DNA of 64,000 bases from Haplodiscus bocki (lineage: Eukaryota). Shown in pieces: positions 12,301-24,600 of the stretch. Every line of letters starts with the position of its first letter. Positions within the stretch are counted from its first letter, which is position 1. The stretch is taken from the NCBI GenBank assembly GCA_965655095.1, contig OZ296649.1:112406001-112470000 (forward strand), read 5' to 3'. The position numbers were made by a program, and so were the translations under genes. Below the pieces are notes generated by a model that was given only the letters and a program-made list of their open reading frames with translations, made no database searches and had not been told where the DNA came from.

Positions 12301-15093
12301 AGATTAGAAAAAGGAAACATTCCCTCACTTAACTTTTCCGGTCACTCCCACCACCAACTACTTCGTCAGTAACTCATTCACCTAAGTTGAAATAAGTAAC
12401 CTCAACTTCACCGGTCATTCCAACGACTAGTGTCCTTCAGTAAGGTCACCTTCACAGTGATTAAGAATTTTTTTAATTTGCGCAATCTCGCAGGCTGTAT
12501 GCTATTCCACAGGGTCCCTCCTTAACCCTTGTTCCGTTTTCCCGCGAGCTGGCACACATGACTTCAAAAGTTCCCAGAGTTTACATTTTTCTCAAGTATA
12601 TTGACAGGGGAACAAAAAAAATCAAATCCATTTTTTATTTGCGCTCTCACCGCTACTAAGATGGTCCCTACTTCACTGTTACGCAGCGTTGCTGCATTCA
12701 GAAAAAATTCAAAGTGACGAAAAAGTTTTTGTACACACTCTGTTTTGACTGGATTGGCAAATTCTGCTTCGACAAGAAATTTTTGTCTGTAGCGTAAAGA
12801 ATGCTGATTTTCATCACTCAAATAAACATTTTCCAGGTGCTCAAAAATTCTAGAATCGAAGAATATCAAAAACTTCAGACGATCCATCAATTTCGAAGTT
12901 GATTATATTTTAGAATATACCGTTTGCGTTTCGGCAGTTTTTGAATCTGGTCAGTCTATTTACATGAGGTGTATATTTTATTATTTTATCTTTTAACTTC
13001 TCATTTTCAAACTTTTGGGTTAGTCATTGGTTTCAGCAATTGTAATTCTATTACAAACTGGATTTAGTGACCTCACCCCCCCCCCCCCCACTTCGCAACC
13101 CAACTTAATTCGAAAGACGACAAAAACATGCAGTTTTGAGCGTTACATGCTCTGAGCAGACGCACTATGCGTAATTAGAGGTTCTTTCGCTGTAACTGCG
13201 TACATGGTTACAAGGACTTCACAAAAAAGCAACATTGAAACATTTTTTTTTCTACATTGAAACATTTTTTTCTTTCAGTTAGATTTTCAAAAAATCGGCT
13301 TCAAAAGCAATAAGTTGCTGCCTTCAGATGAAAGAGACCGAAACAAAAGCACCACGAAAGTATCTCTCATCTTTTTTTGCTTCACGTAGTAAGTTCACTT
13401 GATTACACTTTAAATTATCTGACTGGACATTTTTACAACTCTTTACAACAGTGGTCGCCACAACCAAAACTAAAATTAATAACCTATCTTCGATTGAGCT
13501 AATTTGGTCAATTAAAAAACAATTGTGAAGAAATTGATTTGCAAACTACATGCCATTTAAGTGCCATTTAGCAAACAATGGAATGTAAAAAATCTACAAA
13601 AATTATGTACAAAATATTCTTTTGTTTTCTCCAGTAAGAGAATTAAAATTTGCCATAAACAAATTTTACCGGCGAGCAATTCTAGTTTTGTCTCAATGGA
13701 TCAAATGGGAAGTTTCACCGGGAAAATGGATGACTAGGGAGTCGTGGATCTTCCCTTTTTTTCATAGCCATTTAAATTTCTTCGACGAAAATAATACGTA
13801 TGATTTTCTGAGGGCAAATTTTCATTTTCAGGCACTTTCGCAATTACAACTTTTGTCCCTTTTTTCCTCAATTGAGAAGATCCAGTTTGAAGAAGTCCCA
13901 ATAAAGCAAGAAAGGCTTTTGATCAATGAACATAAGAAGGTTTTTTTTCTAGAGAAGTTCAATGGTATGTATTTTTTGAACAAATTGCAAAGTGGTCATA
14001 ATAATAATTAAACAATTCGGAGAAAATGTGAAATAAATATTAGCGCTGAGGAGCAAAATATTATTTGAAAAAGAGAAATGGCGATATCTTCGAGAAGCCG
14101 AGGTGGCGACGGTGGACAATGAGGGCTGGCGAAAGAAGACGAGAGGAGGATGGGGCAACGAGGAGAGATAGAAGAGGGAGAGAAAGCTGTTGAAGAAGGA
14201 TGAGAATGGATCAAAAGATTCAATAGGTGCTGGTAGCCATAAAGTGAATTGATTAATTAATGCCTTCAGAGAAAGATAACCAAAGCGGTAAAATCAGCAT
14301 ACAAAAGTACAAACATTGGCCGGAGCAAAATGCATTCGAGGACACGGAAAACCCAAGTTGACATTTCGCACGGCATGGCCAGCAAAAATTGGACAAAATT
14401 CATTACCCTTCTCATTTTGAATATCAAACTCATATTTGCACAAATTGCATGCCGCGAGAAACCATCAAATTGCATAACATTGCAGAAGGCGGCTCCAGCA
14501 CAAAATGATCATGAGTCGAAATGAAAAAAAAGAATTCAGGTAACAAAAATTGCATCAAATTTAGCAACTCAAGTTTTTGTTGAGAAACTATTTCTACAAA
14601 TGAGAACAGATTTTATATGAAAGAAAGCTTTTGGCGAGTTAAATATTTGACAACAAACAATTTGAGTTAGTACACTCCACTGAGTGCAAAAAATAATGCA
14701 TGAAAAATTTGCAGTTTGTTTTACCAAATTAAACAAGCTAATAATGTGAAGTTGAAGAAGTGCACTAAATCAGAAGACCATGAACAAAATCTCCCAAAGT
14801 AAGAAACGAGCGACGGTCTCAGTTTCAAGCACCAAGAGATCTAGACTTCAAGCAAGCAAATCAAGTGAAGAAAGAAGATAGTAACACATATCAAGTTTGG
14901 TTGCCTATCACACTTGTTAATCCACAAAAGTCCATAACGCAAGATAGAAGAGTAGGACGAGATGAAGAAAAGTAGAGTCATGAATAGGAGAGAGTTGATC
15001 GGCGCACAAAGGAAGAGGAGCAGGATAAGAGCATTAAGTGAAGAGTCGTTGCCGTCGTAGACATGATCACGGCGTCATCATGACGTCACGTCA

Positions 15094-15666
15094 TCAGCAA
15101 CTACTGTCAACATTGATGGAAGTTAAAATAGTCAACATATGGGAGAACGAGGGTCTGTTTATTGCGCACTCTTCCCAGCACTTCATCATAATTTCTGCCA
15201 CTTGTGGGGGACAATCTATCGGAGGCGACAGCTTCAGTTCGCCCACAGTCATTCCTTTCAGCACCTGTTCATTGGTCAATTCTTGATAAGGCAAAACTCC
15301 CAGACTGAAAATTTCCCAGAGTGTCACCCCAAAGGAGTAAGCGTCACTCATTTGGGAGAATGATTCATCGTATACTGCTTCCAGGGGCATCCATCTGAGA
15401 GGTATGAGTGCGTCATGATACTCGAAGTATTCTGACCGGTAGACGTCCTTGCACAAAGAAGCATTTGATAGTTTGACACCTAAATCGGCTGTGAGAAGGA
15501 AGTTTCTGGCCGCAATGTCTTTGTGCACGAGTTTATGATTGGCCAAATACTCCAGCCCCCGAAGTGCTTGGTAAGCGATGTGCAGTTTGTGTGTTAGTTC
15601 AATAGCAGGAGCTTGAGGCAGCCCACTGTGTCCTTTGGTTGACATCAAAAAGCGCTTCAAGTCGCC
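15094..15666 (-). CDS. PTK7: PTK7 coding exon 14: kinase C-lobe and stop
   Basis: Acceptor tttag|GGC GAC at 15667/15666. Encodes GDLKRFL...HKDIAARN...PLRWMPLE...SDAYSFGVTLWE...CWEE..RPSF...DSSC*. Confidence 0.97.
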   Translation of the reverse strand, partial: GDLKRFLMSTKGHSGLPQAPAIELTHKLHIAYQALRGLEYLANHKLVHKDIAARNFLLTADLGVKLSNASLCKDVYRSEYFEYHDALIPLRWMPLEAVYDESFSQMSDAYSFGVTLWEIFSLGVLPYQELTNEQVLKGMTVGELKLSPPIDCPPQVAEIMMKCWEECAINRPSFSHMLTILTSINVDSSC

Positions 15667-18600
15667 CTAAAACAAGTAAATCAAACCATAAATTGATCAC
15701 AAGTTGGGGTCACCAAATACATGCAGTAACTCTGCAAATTTCTCATTCGATGACATTTGTCAATAGTTGCCGAAGATCTTCCTCGAATAACAAAGAGATG
15801 GACGCTTTGTTAATAATGATTGTAATTTTTCACAAAACGTTTGCTGTAAATAGAGCATCCAATTTTGAATGTTAGATTTACCCATTCAGTGTACTCGAAT
15901 ATCAAGTACAAAGGGTCCGTCTCAGTGCACACTCCGAGTAGTCGAGTAACATTGACACACCTCAGCTGTGCATACTGCTCCATCTCAACCTGGAACTTCT
16001 CCTGAAACAACAAACTAATATTCAAACAACAGCCCAGATGTAAAAGGATTCATTATGTAATGCAATCTGATTCCATATTCAACATTGGGTTGGATCTTTG
16101 GAGCAGTATGAAAATGACAGATAGTCACTTAAAAATTCACCAAGACAATTCACATACAAAATGAAAGGCAGACTGTAATCAAAAATCAGCTATGAATGCA
16201 TCAAGAAGTCAAGGAAGTCTTCCAACCTGTAAGTTCTTCTCCTTCTGCAGGAGCGACTTCACCATCACTAACTGCTCTCCCGAAGGAGTGGGAGACGAAC
16301 TAGCAGAGCCGGCGGTACTGCGTGGCACAGAGGAGTCGTTGAGATGCAAGCCCTGAGCAACGGCTAGAAACACGTCTCCATACTCGCCTCTTCCTAGTAG
16401 AGAGGTTGTTTGCAACTCTTGACGAGGAAATTGTAGCTTTTCTACATTCAAGTTCCGCCTTTGCAAGGGCATCAATTCTCTCGTTGGACTAAGGCGACCA
16501 TTTGCATTGACTAAAGGCTCGTTCGCTCCATCAGGGACACCTGCTCCGCCTTTCTCATCCCCGTTGAGTCCTCCGTTTTTGTTTAGCTGTCTGTTTCTAC
16601 TGGCAAGCCTTTTCCTGCGGCAATATATGGTTAAAGCTAACATGAAGAGAATGTAGCCGACCGCACAAGCGACTGCGATTGCAATGGTCCTCATGCTCTG
16701 GTCTCCTGATGCTGAAACAAACTTCCAATCAAAACACATAACATTACCCATCCTTGATAAGTACCGTTAGGTGAAGTATCTCGGTGGCATTTCAGTAGCC
16801 CGAAAATAATTTTCTTTCGGAATGCACAAATCACAAAAAAAACTATTTTTTAACTTGATTTTTTGAGCAGAATCGGAAATTACTTCGGAACGTTTTCATT
16901 AATACGTATTCTCCGTTTCAGTTACAGACTTCAAATTTTTACCTCAAGGTTCAGATTTACAATTTGAAATAGTGAAAATAAACAGATATTTATTTATCTC
17001 AAACATGTTTTCACCTGAGCTGGCAGCAACAATGAGTCGAGCCTTTTTCGTTGAATTAAGATCCTGGTTGCCATAATTGAAAGTTCTGTTGAAAATGCAC
17101 CAGTATTTGCCTTGATCCTCAGGTTGCACATCTTCGATCACCAAAACTGTACTGTTCACAATCTACAGCACAAATCACCATTCATTCTCAAATTTGTCAT
17201 TATGCTTAAGCATCCTTAAGAAGCTAGTTAGTCTTTCTTTTAGCTTCCAATAACACGAAAAAGATGAACCTGATCGGCATTTTAGGAAACCATGATATTT
17301 GTTTTCCAAACTCTTCTTGTATTCAGAAGCTACGTGCTAAGAATTTTGCCAAAACAAAAACGTTGATGATTTGCACGACAGTGCATTTACTTCCCAATTC
17401 ACAAATGTCAATTACTTGATATCTGCTTGCATATATTGTTATTAATTGATAACAGCTTGCAGAAAGATTGATGATGCCTTCCTCAATTACAGCAAAAATA
17501 GAAACTTGATTTTTTTGCAGCAGCAGGGAATGCTTTCTTTCAGCAGCTTTTTATGTTGAGCAAAGCGTTAAGAAGAATGAACGGCAGAAATAAATCCGTC
17601 ATTACATTCAACTCGAAAGTTAAAGTTTTTTTTTATAGAAATTACAAGCAACAGGATTTTAAAGTGGACTGGTTATTTAATTTGAAATGTACACGTGCCT
17701 ACTTCGATTAAAAGTCAAATATTTTCTGATACATAGAGTCTGAAGACAAAGTCAGTGTTACAGTAACGTTGCTATTTTCAAGCCTTTCTTCCATTTTATT
17801 GATGAGCATTGATCCAACCAGTTGGTTACTGGAATTCGGCCGACTTCAAAAAGGATTTCATCAATGGATATGAATTAGCTCAACGTTTCATTTTAACCGC
17901 ATTTCGTGTATTCTTACCAGTGAAATCGGGGAACAACACAAAGACCCAATCTTTAGCAAACAAAAAAATAATTTCAACAGAAATCACGTTGATGTGGATT
18001 TGTTGCCATGCATGGCACATCATCATATAGCGACTTTAAAGTCAACTTTAAACGTTGAAGGAGTTCAAATTCGAATGGAGTAATTGCGGTTTAAAATATG
18101 GAAAAGGTATTTCATACTTTGATACGAGGTGGTTTTAGTTCTAAGTTTGCATCGTCGGAACTGTTGGTAAGTGCCATGAGTTCGATCCGTTGTTGTTGCT
18201 GTTTAGCAGCAATCACTTTTTCCACAGGCTGCGGAGAAGAGCTAGGAAAGGCCTCGTACCACCAGCGAGTGTCAGGCTGATCGTCACTGTTCATCAGTTT
18301 GGGTTCACAGCTGAACTCCACTCGGTCTCCCTTCGCAACTGTCTGATCAACGGGCTCTTTTTTGATCAACAAGGCAACTAAAAATGAAAAAAATCATTCA
18401 TGTTCACTAAATTCACAATAAATGAACATGAATACAGACATCATCCTCATCATTGCTTGAGTTTCATGTTAGAAAGACTAGAATTTTGACACAATCGCAA
18501 AAACGACAGTAGGCTACCAATCCAATTTTCACAGATCATTCAATCTTTTCAATCGAATACTACCTGGAGAATCAAGCCAATCGGTATTCAGCAGGGACTT

Positions 18601-21600
18601 GATTGAATGTTCCATAGTTTTCGAAAGTTCAACTTTTTTGCTCGTTTATCTAGCTACCACGCCACCGAACACGTTGTGAAACACAAATGATGATAGTGAA
18701 ATAGAATCAAATTTTGACCCTAACAAAAACTTCACTTGGTTTCGCAAATGCTCTCAATCAAACGTGTCCGACGAGCAACATCTTGCATCAAAGTGCTCAC
18801 GTGCCATAAAGCAGGCTACCCCTTTTACCGAATGCCAAACAACAACCTTAATTTTCGCAGTTAGACAGCTTGCCGATCCAAGATGAGCAAAGTCTACGCC
18901 TCGAGATTACAAAATCTCATTTATGAGATCAAGACAAACTCGCAGTTTACCCAACCTACCCACTAACTCCGTTCCGACCACATACATCATTTTGACTCTA
19001 TTTACTAGAGTGCTTCATCAAAAAACTGGACTGGACTCAGATTTCATACATGAAATTATAACATTTCACCCAAAAATTTCAGCACGTTATGAATTTGATT
19101 CCATGCGTACACTTACACTCTTTCAGCCAGGATATGCGAGCGGCGCCAAGATGGTCCCCAGGTCTAAACTTCAAAAGCGAAACTTGGGCATCATTTGTGG
19201 AATTTGTGAATTCCGTAATTCCAGGAATGCCCTTATGTTTCACATTACGACCGGCGAGCGGAATTGCAATATTACTTGTGAATGATGAATACATGTAATA
19301 AATATATTATATCGAGGCAGCATGTTGGGACGAGCAGATCCCAGCAATCAATGACTCCTGCTTGACAAGGCAGCAGGCGCATGACGTATTGAGATCGCAC
19401 AAACTTTGCCGGTCGGCCGAATAAATTAAGTTAAGCAACTATGTATGTTACACATGGACCGGATCGGGTCGAGCAGCCGAACCGTTCATTAGAGAAGAGT
19501 GTATATTATACAACTTACATACAAGTTCTTCGCTAAGTGAGGTATAAAACACTCAATGGTGGTCATGTCGGCGGCGGCGGTGATACATAAAGGAGAGAAA
19601 ATTGGTCATAAACTTGATTTACGAGCACTCTCTTGTCATGTTTCTCATTCTTTCTAGACAGCTGCTTCTACAACAAAAGCGGCCGCCTGATCACTACAGC
19701 ACAACTGCCATGGTGTTTCTCAGTTCCGAAAGAGCGTAGCTCCAGCAGAAAAGACGCGTCATTGGAAGGTAGAACCAGTGTACATGTAAGGTACCTGCTC
19801 TGCTGTAGTAAGTACATAACAAGGCACGCAGATCACCACGCCGCCGTTAATATCCAAGCCTTATCCCGATACTATCTGCCGACAATTGGACGGGACAATG
19901 TTTTCCGTGGATCTTCTATATTCCACAGCTACATTTGACATGGCTAGAATAACATTTGGACTACAAACAATCCCACGAATACTAGTACATACTCTTGACT
20001 TCTATTGTTGTTCATAGTACTTACTGTACAACAATACAAAATACCTACTGGACACACTGGTATGTTTTTCAGACTGTTGGCAACCAAGTCAGTCTTGGTT
20101 ATGGCTAGTTAGCTCAACTAACAGTGTCTTGAAGTGAACGAAGAAAAGAACAAAGGGGAGAAGAGATTAATGATAAAGAAAATGAAAGAAAATTGGGCAG
20201 CCGAAGCCGTCGCATCATGACACAATGCCATCTGTAGCCTCGGGGGATTATAGGACATAAGTCAAACGTTTTATGCTTGCTGGCTTTTGAGACTTGGACG
20301 GTTGAACTACAGTGCGCTAAGTGTTTATGAACTTTAGTCTTGTCGGCACTTGAGCAGTTACTCTGCTATTTTTAATGTACTACTTTAAACGCAGGGAGGA
20401 GCTTCTACAGCATGAACAATATTACTTTGAAGTTTGTGTTTAGGTGACCACTATTACCAAGTAACTTAATCAACACAAGTTGAAGAGGTTCACATTTTTT
20501 ATGATTCTGAAGGTTTCTTGTGTATGATTCATGTTTCAGGTTTCTTGTCTAATTTAATTACGATCTTCTTTCTTTTCAAAGGAACATGAAGACTGGACTC
20601 GATTCGACTCAAATTAGGAGCCAGACCAAGCTCTTGTTTTCAAAGCAGCTACTACCAACCACACATGAAAGACGAACCAATTTCGATGTTCAATGACACT
20701 GAATTATATTGAACAAAATTCAATTTGTCACTTAATGCTTCTGAAAAACATCAAACGCAACAGGATTGAAAATCGTTGAATTAGTTTATCTAATCCCCTA
20801 AACCTAAATTTGCACTCACAACATTGCGTGGCCGCGGCCTAAGATTCCTAATGATCCTGACCAAAGCACCGTAAATCAGCAATGACATGCTTCAGCAATT
20901 CTCCCGAGACAAGTTCTAAGCGACTATTAATGCCCCTACTAATTGGTCTCCTACAAGTTGAAGCGAAGCAAAACAATTCAAATAACAGCCTAACGGCACC
21001 AGCGAACGGAGTCCCGCTCCGATCTCTGCTCTGGCCGGTGATCATGAAAACAAACCAACTTCCAAAATTCATCGCATTTTGCAAAAGTGTTGAAATTCGT
21101 CTGCCAAAAAATTAACTTCAAACATCTTGTTGACCAACAGCATACAGCATCCTTTCACAGCTTTTGATGATGAAAGCAATCATACAATTTTCTACCGACT
21201 TTTCGCGCAGACAACAGGTAGCCGCTAATTACTAACGGAAAGTGTAAGAAAAGGGCCGATCAAACCATCAGTTCAGACCAAGAAAGTAACTCATAATTGA
21301 TATATTCATTTTATAGCTAATCCACAACCTTCGAAGTTTCAAACTATATTGTCTGTCATGATAAGAAAAAATTGCGTTCGCATTTTCTATTAAATTTGCT
21401 CCAGAATTCAATTCAATTCAGAATTTGTAGAACGCTTTATAGAATCGTAAATCAGCATTGAAATAATTCCAGATGTTTGTAAATGCGATTCATATCGAGA
21501 CTGCAATCGCTAAGTGGTTCATCGCGGTATCAAAAGCGTATTCTGCTACCGAAGCAAGAGCATAATAAAAAGTGCGATAATCGTTTAAATAGTTGATAGA

Positions 21601-24600
21601 AATTAATTTCAGATCTCAAGGTTCACTCTTCAAAATTAAAACGCAACAACTGAAGTTTTTGATGAGGTTTTTCAAAAAAACACCCAGAAGGCTCAAATTG
21701 GCGCTGCTCCTTAAAGTTCTAAATATTCTGTGGCCTATCAAAACTTCTGTTTTCGGTATACTTAACTCAGAATCATATTCTTGGAGGGGTTTATTGCGAA
21801 CAAACATTTAAAATTTTTAGTCTATGCAGAAGGGATCAACCCTAAAATTTCTGCAACAAACCTTTTCGTAAACTTTTTGTGATTGAAAAGGGGCGTGGTC
21901 GCGGACTTTGAATATTCCATTGTCAAAATTTTTTCAATTTGCGCAAAAATTAGATCACGAAAACGTTTTGCCCTTAAATTTGCTTCAGTGTGTACCTCCC
22001 AAGCTGTTTGTCCTTAAAACACGATGCCTTTTGAACATCAGGATCACAAGTCATTAGGAAACGCTCAACTTTTTTGCTTGTCAGAATTCACATATACTGA
22101 AAATGGTTTCATTTGAGCTAGATGCTAATGCCTTCTAGGTAATCGTTGGGGTCTGACTTAGCCCTATTTCCTATAATTCTGTAGTACCTGTGAGTTCCCA
22201 TAAAATCCACGGTGCTTCAGGGATCCCTCGATGAAGTTTGGCCCTATTGTTGGAAATTTTTCAATTGCGCTTTCCATTTTTTTGCAACGTTCCTCCGTGC
22301 CACCCGTTCCCGAAACACTTGACTCATTAAGGAATTTGGGAATGTGATGGTGGAAGTTTCCCGAGGAAGTTGAATAAATTTTTACACTAATTATTTTGCC
22401 TCCTTACAGAGCTTCACAGATGGTTAGTAGGATGCCTCCTTTGCTCCAATACCGTTTTGGTGTCAAAGATGTTTCCAAATAACTACAGCGTAGCTTGAAG
22501 TTTTCAGAAATTTTCCTATTTTATGTGCTCCAAGCGCTTTTTCAAGTTTCCCGTTTGCCCCATATACAGCTTCGGGAGGATTTCAACATTAACAAGCTGA
22601 GCACAGCTCAAAGTAGGTGCTACCCATGTGTCGGGCACGAAAATTTCAGTAAACCATATCACGAAGAAAATTTAAATTTCTATCGCACAGTACTAAAAAC
22701 TTTTGTAGGGAGACCTTTCGGTGTTTCTGATTTACAGGGCGAGGGGTATCACGATTTTTGCACAAAATTTTTTATGAAAACTTCTGGGTGTTTCTGGCTT
22801 TGACCATTTGTGGGGCGAAAATTTCGGTAAACCATAGAGGAGGTATCACAAGAAAGATGTCGAAAAGTTTTCGTGTCAAAAAAATTCGTGAGGGGGGCCG
22901 TTACAGTGTTTCAGACAGTTTCTGCTATCGAAATTTATACATGAAGGCGGGGGGTCACGAATTTTGGATAAATTTTTTTTTGTTTCACTGCCGAAAATTT
23001 CGAAGGCACATTTTGAACTTTGTGAGTAATTGCCCGTGCATGTTATAGACTGTACTTTCATGCTTTAAAATTATACTTTCATGCTTTAAAAAAATATGGC
23101 AGGGAAAAAACATAAAGTAGACAATTCGTTGTGATCTTGAACAAAAAGAAACTAACTACAAAAGTCGGCTTTTTTACTGAAGTAAAAACGCCGACTAAAA
23201 AATTTCAAACGTACGAAAAGAATTGGCTATAAGTAGTTTTGAAGTTTACAACTTTGCCAAAGTGTAGAAAATGTTTCGCACCCATAGCGGTCTTCAGAGA
23301 AACAAGCCGAAAACAGCAGTCAGTTCGGCCCCTTCATTCGGAACAACATTTTCGGATGACTTTTGGATATAAGCAAGTTTCGGATAACTTTGGGTATAAG
23401 CAGTAAATCACAATTTGGGTGCTAGCAAAGTCACAAACACTCGACACTTCCGGTGCAAAAATTTGAGCCTTTGCAAGGGGCGTAGTCGCATTTTTGACAA
23501 TGGTTTTCGGGAAAATTTTGAAAAGAGTATTTTTGATATTTTCCTTTTCAGGTTTTGATCAAGAAAGCATACGCAACGAGTTGTGATAGAAATAATCCAT
23601 TTTCATCACTTGGATATTTTTACGTAAGCACAATATGCCCCTTCGGGGCTTGGCTATGGAAGCATTGAAAGTCCTGTTCTATCCGCCAAACAATACTTTA
23701 TGCCAATTTCAATCAAATGCAACAAAAACTTCCTCCTCTTTACCATTTTTCTATCAACAAAAAGTAAAACTCTGACTGAGGCTCTGATGAGCGATAATAA
23801 CTGGGTAATTAGCTTTCGACTCTACGCTCAATGACCAAAATCGGACACGTAGTTACGAAGCAAATCAATTTTGAAAATCGACAAGTCAACCATCCCTCTT
23901 TTTCGGTACTTTGGATCATTTTCTTTCAAAAATGAAAATGAAGGCCAAACTCTGTTCCATGGGCACCTTTTTTGATAGAAGTAGCTTTTGTGTGAGTTTT
24001 CAATGATCAAAATCGAATAATCAGAAACTAAGAAAACACATTAGCCAATACCAATCACAGTCAACCACCATTGATTATTTGTAATTTCTTTTTCGCAAAA
24101 ACTAAATTCGAAATTCAAAAAGTCTTCTAGATACCATTAGCTGTTGATTAGGTGTTCAATGACCAAAATTGGATATGTAGTTACAAAAATTGGGAGGCCC
24201 AACTAAGTTTCACAACATCATTTCCATTAAAACTAGTTCCTGAAGAGGCCCTCAACTGAATCAATTGTTTAAGTAGTTTCTGATAAAATTATTTGAGCAG
24301 TTGCTTCTGAAAACCGTCTTCATCTTCTAACCACGTCAGCAAGTTTAGCAGTTTTGTGCCAGTTTTTTTGCCCCCATTTCTTTTCAAAAAATGCTATAGA
24401 TTACTAAAAACTCGTAAAGTTACTCGTAAAATAGTCCAAAAACTTGACAGAAAGCCAAATTATCCCAGAGAAGAGAAAATTTGAAAAATGTATCAAAAAT
24501 AGGGAAAATAGAAACCGCAAATCATAATCTATTCGCCAGTGATTTAGCCCTCTAGCTATCAAACGTGGAATTACTGCTTGTTTTCTTGCCTCTACATGTA

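Noticed and set aside
13949-14223. Ser/Pro-rich minus-strand ORFs downstream of PTK7
   Set aside because: They arise from a pyrimidine-rich tract, most likely in the 3' UTR, and have no splice link or domain. I could not locate the poly(A) site.
19446-20123. Possible solo LTR (TGTTA at 19446 ... TAACA at 19954 or 20123)
   Set aside because: The flanks do not form a matching TSD and there is no second copy in the window.
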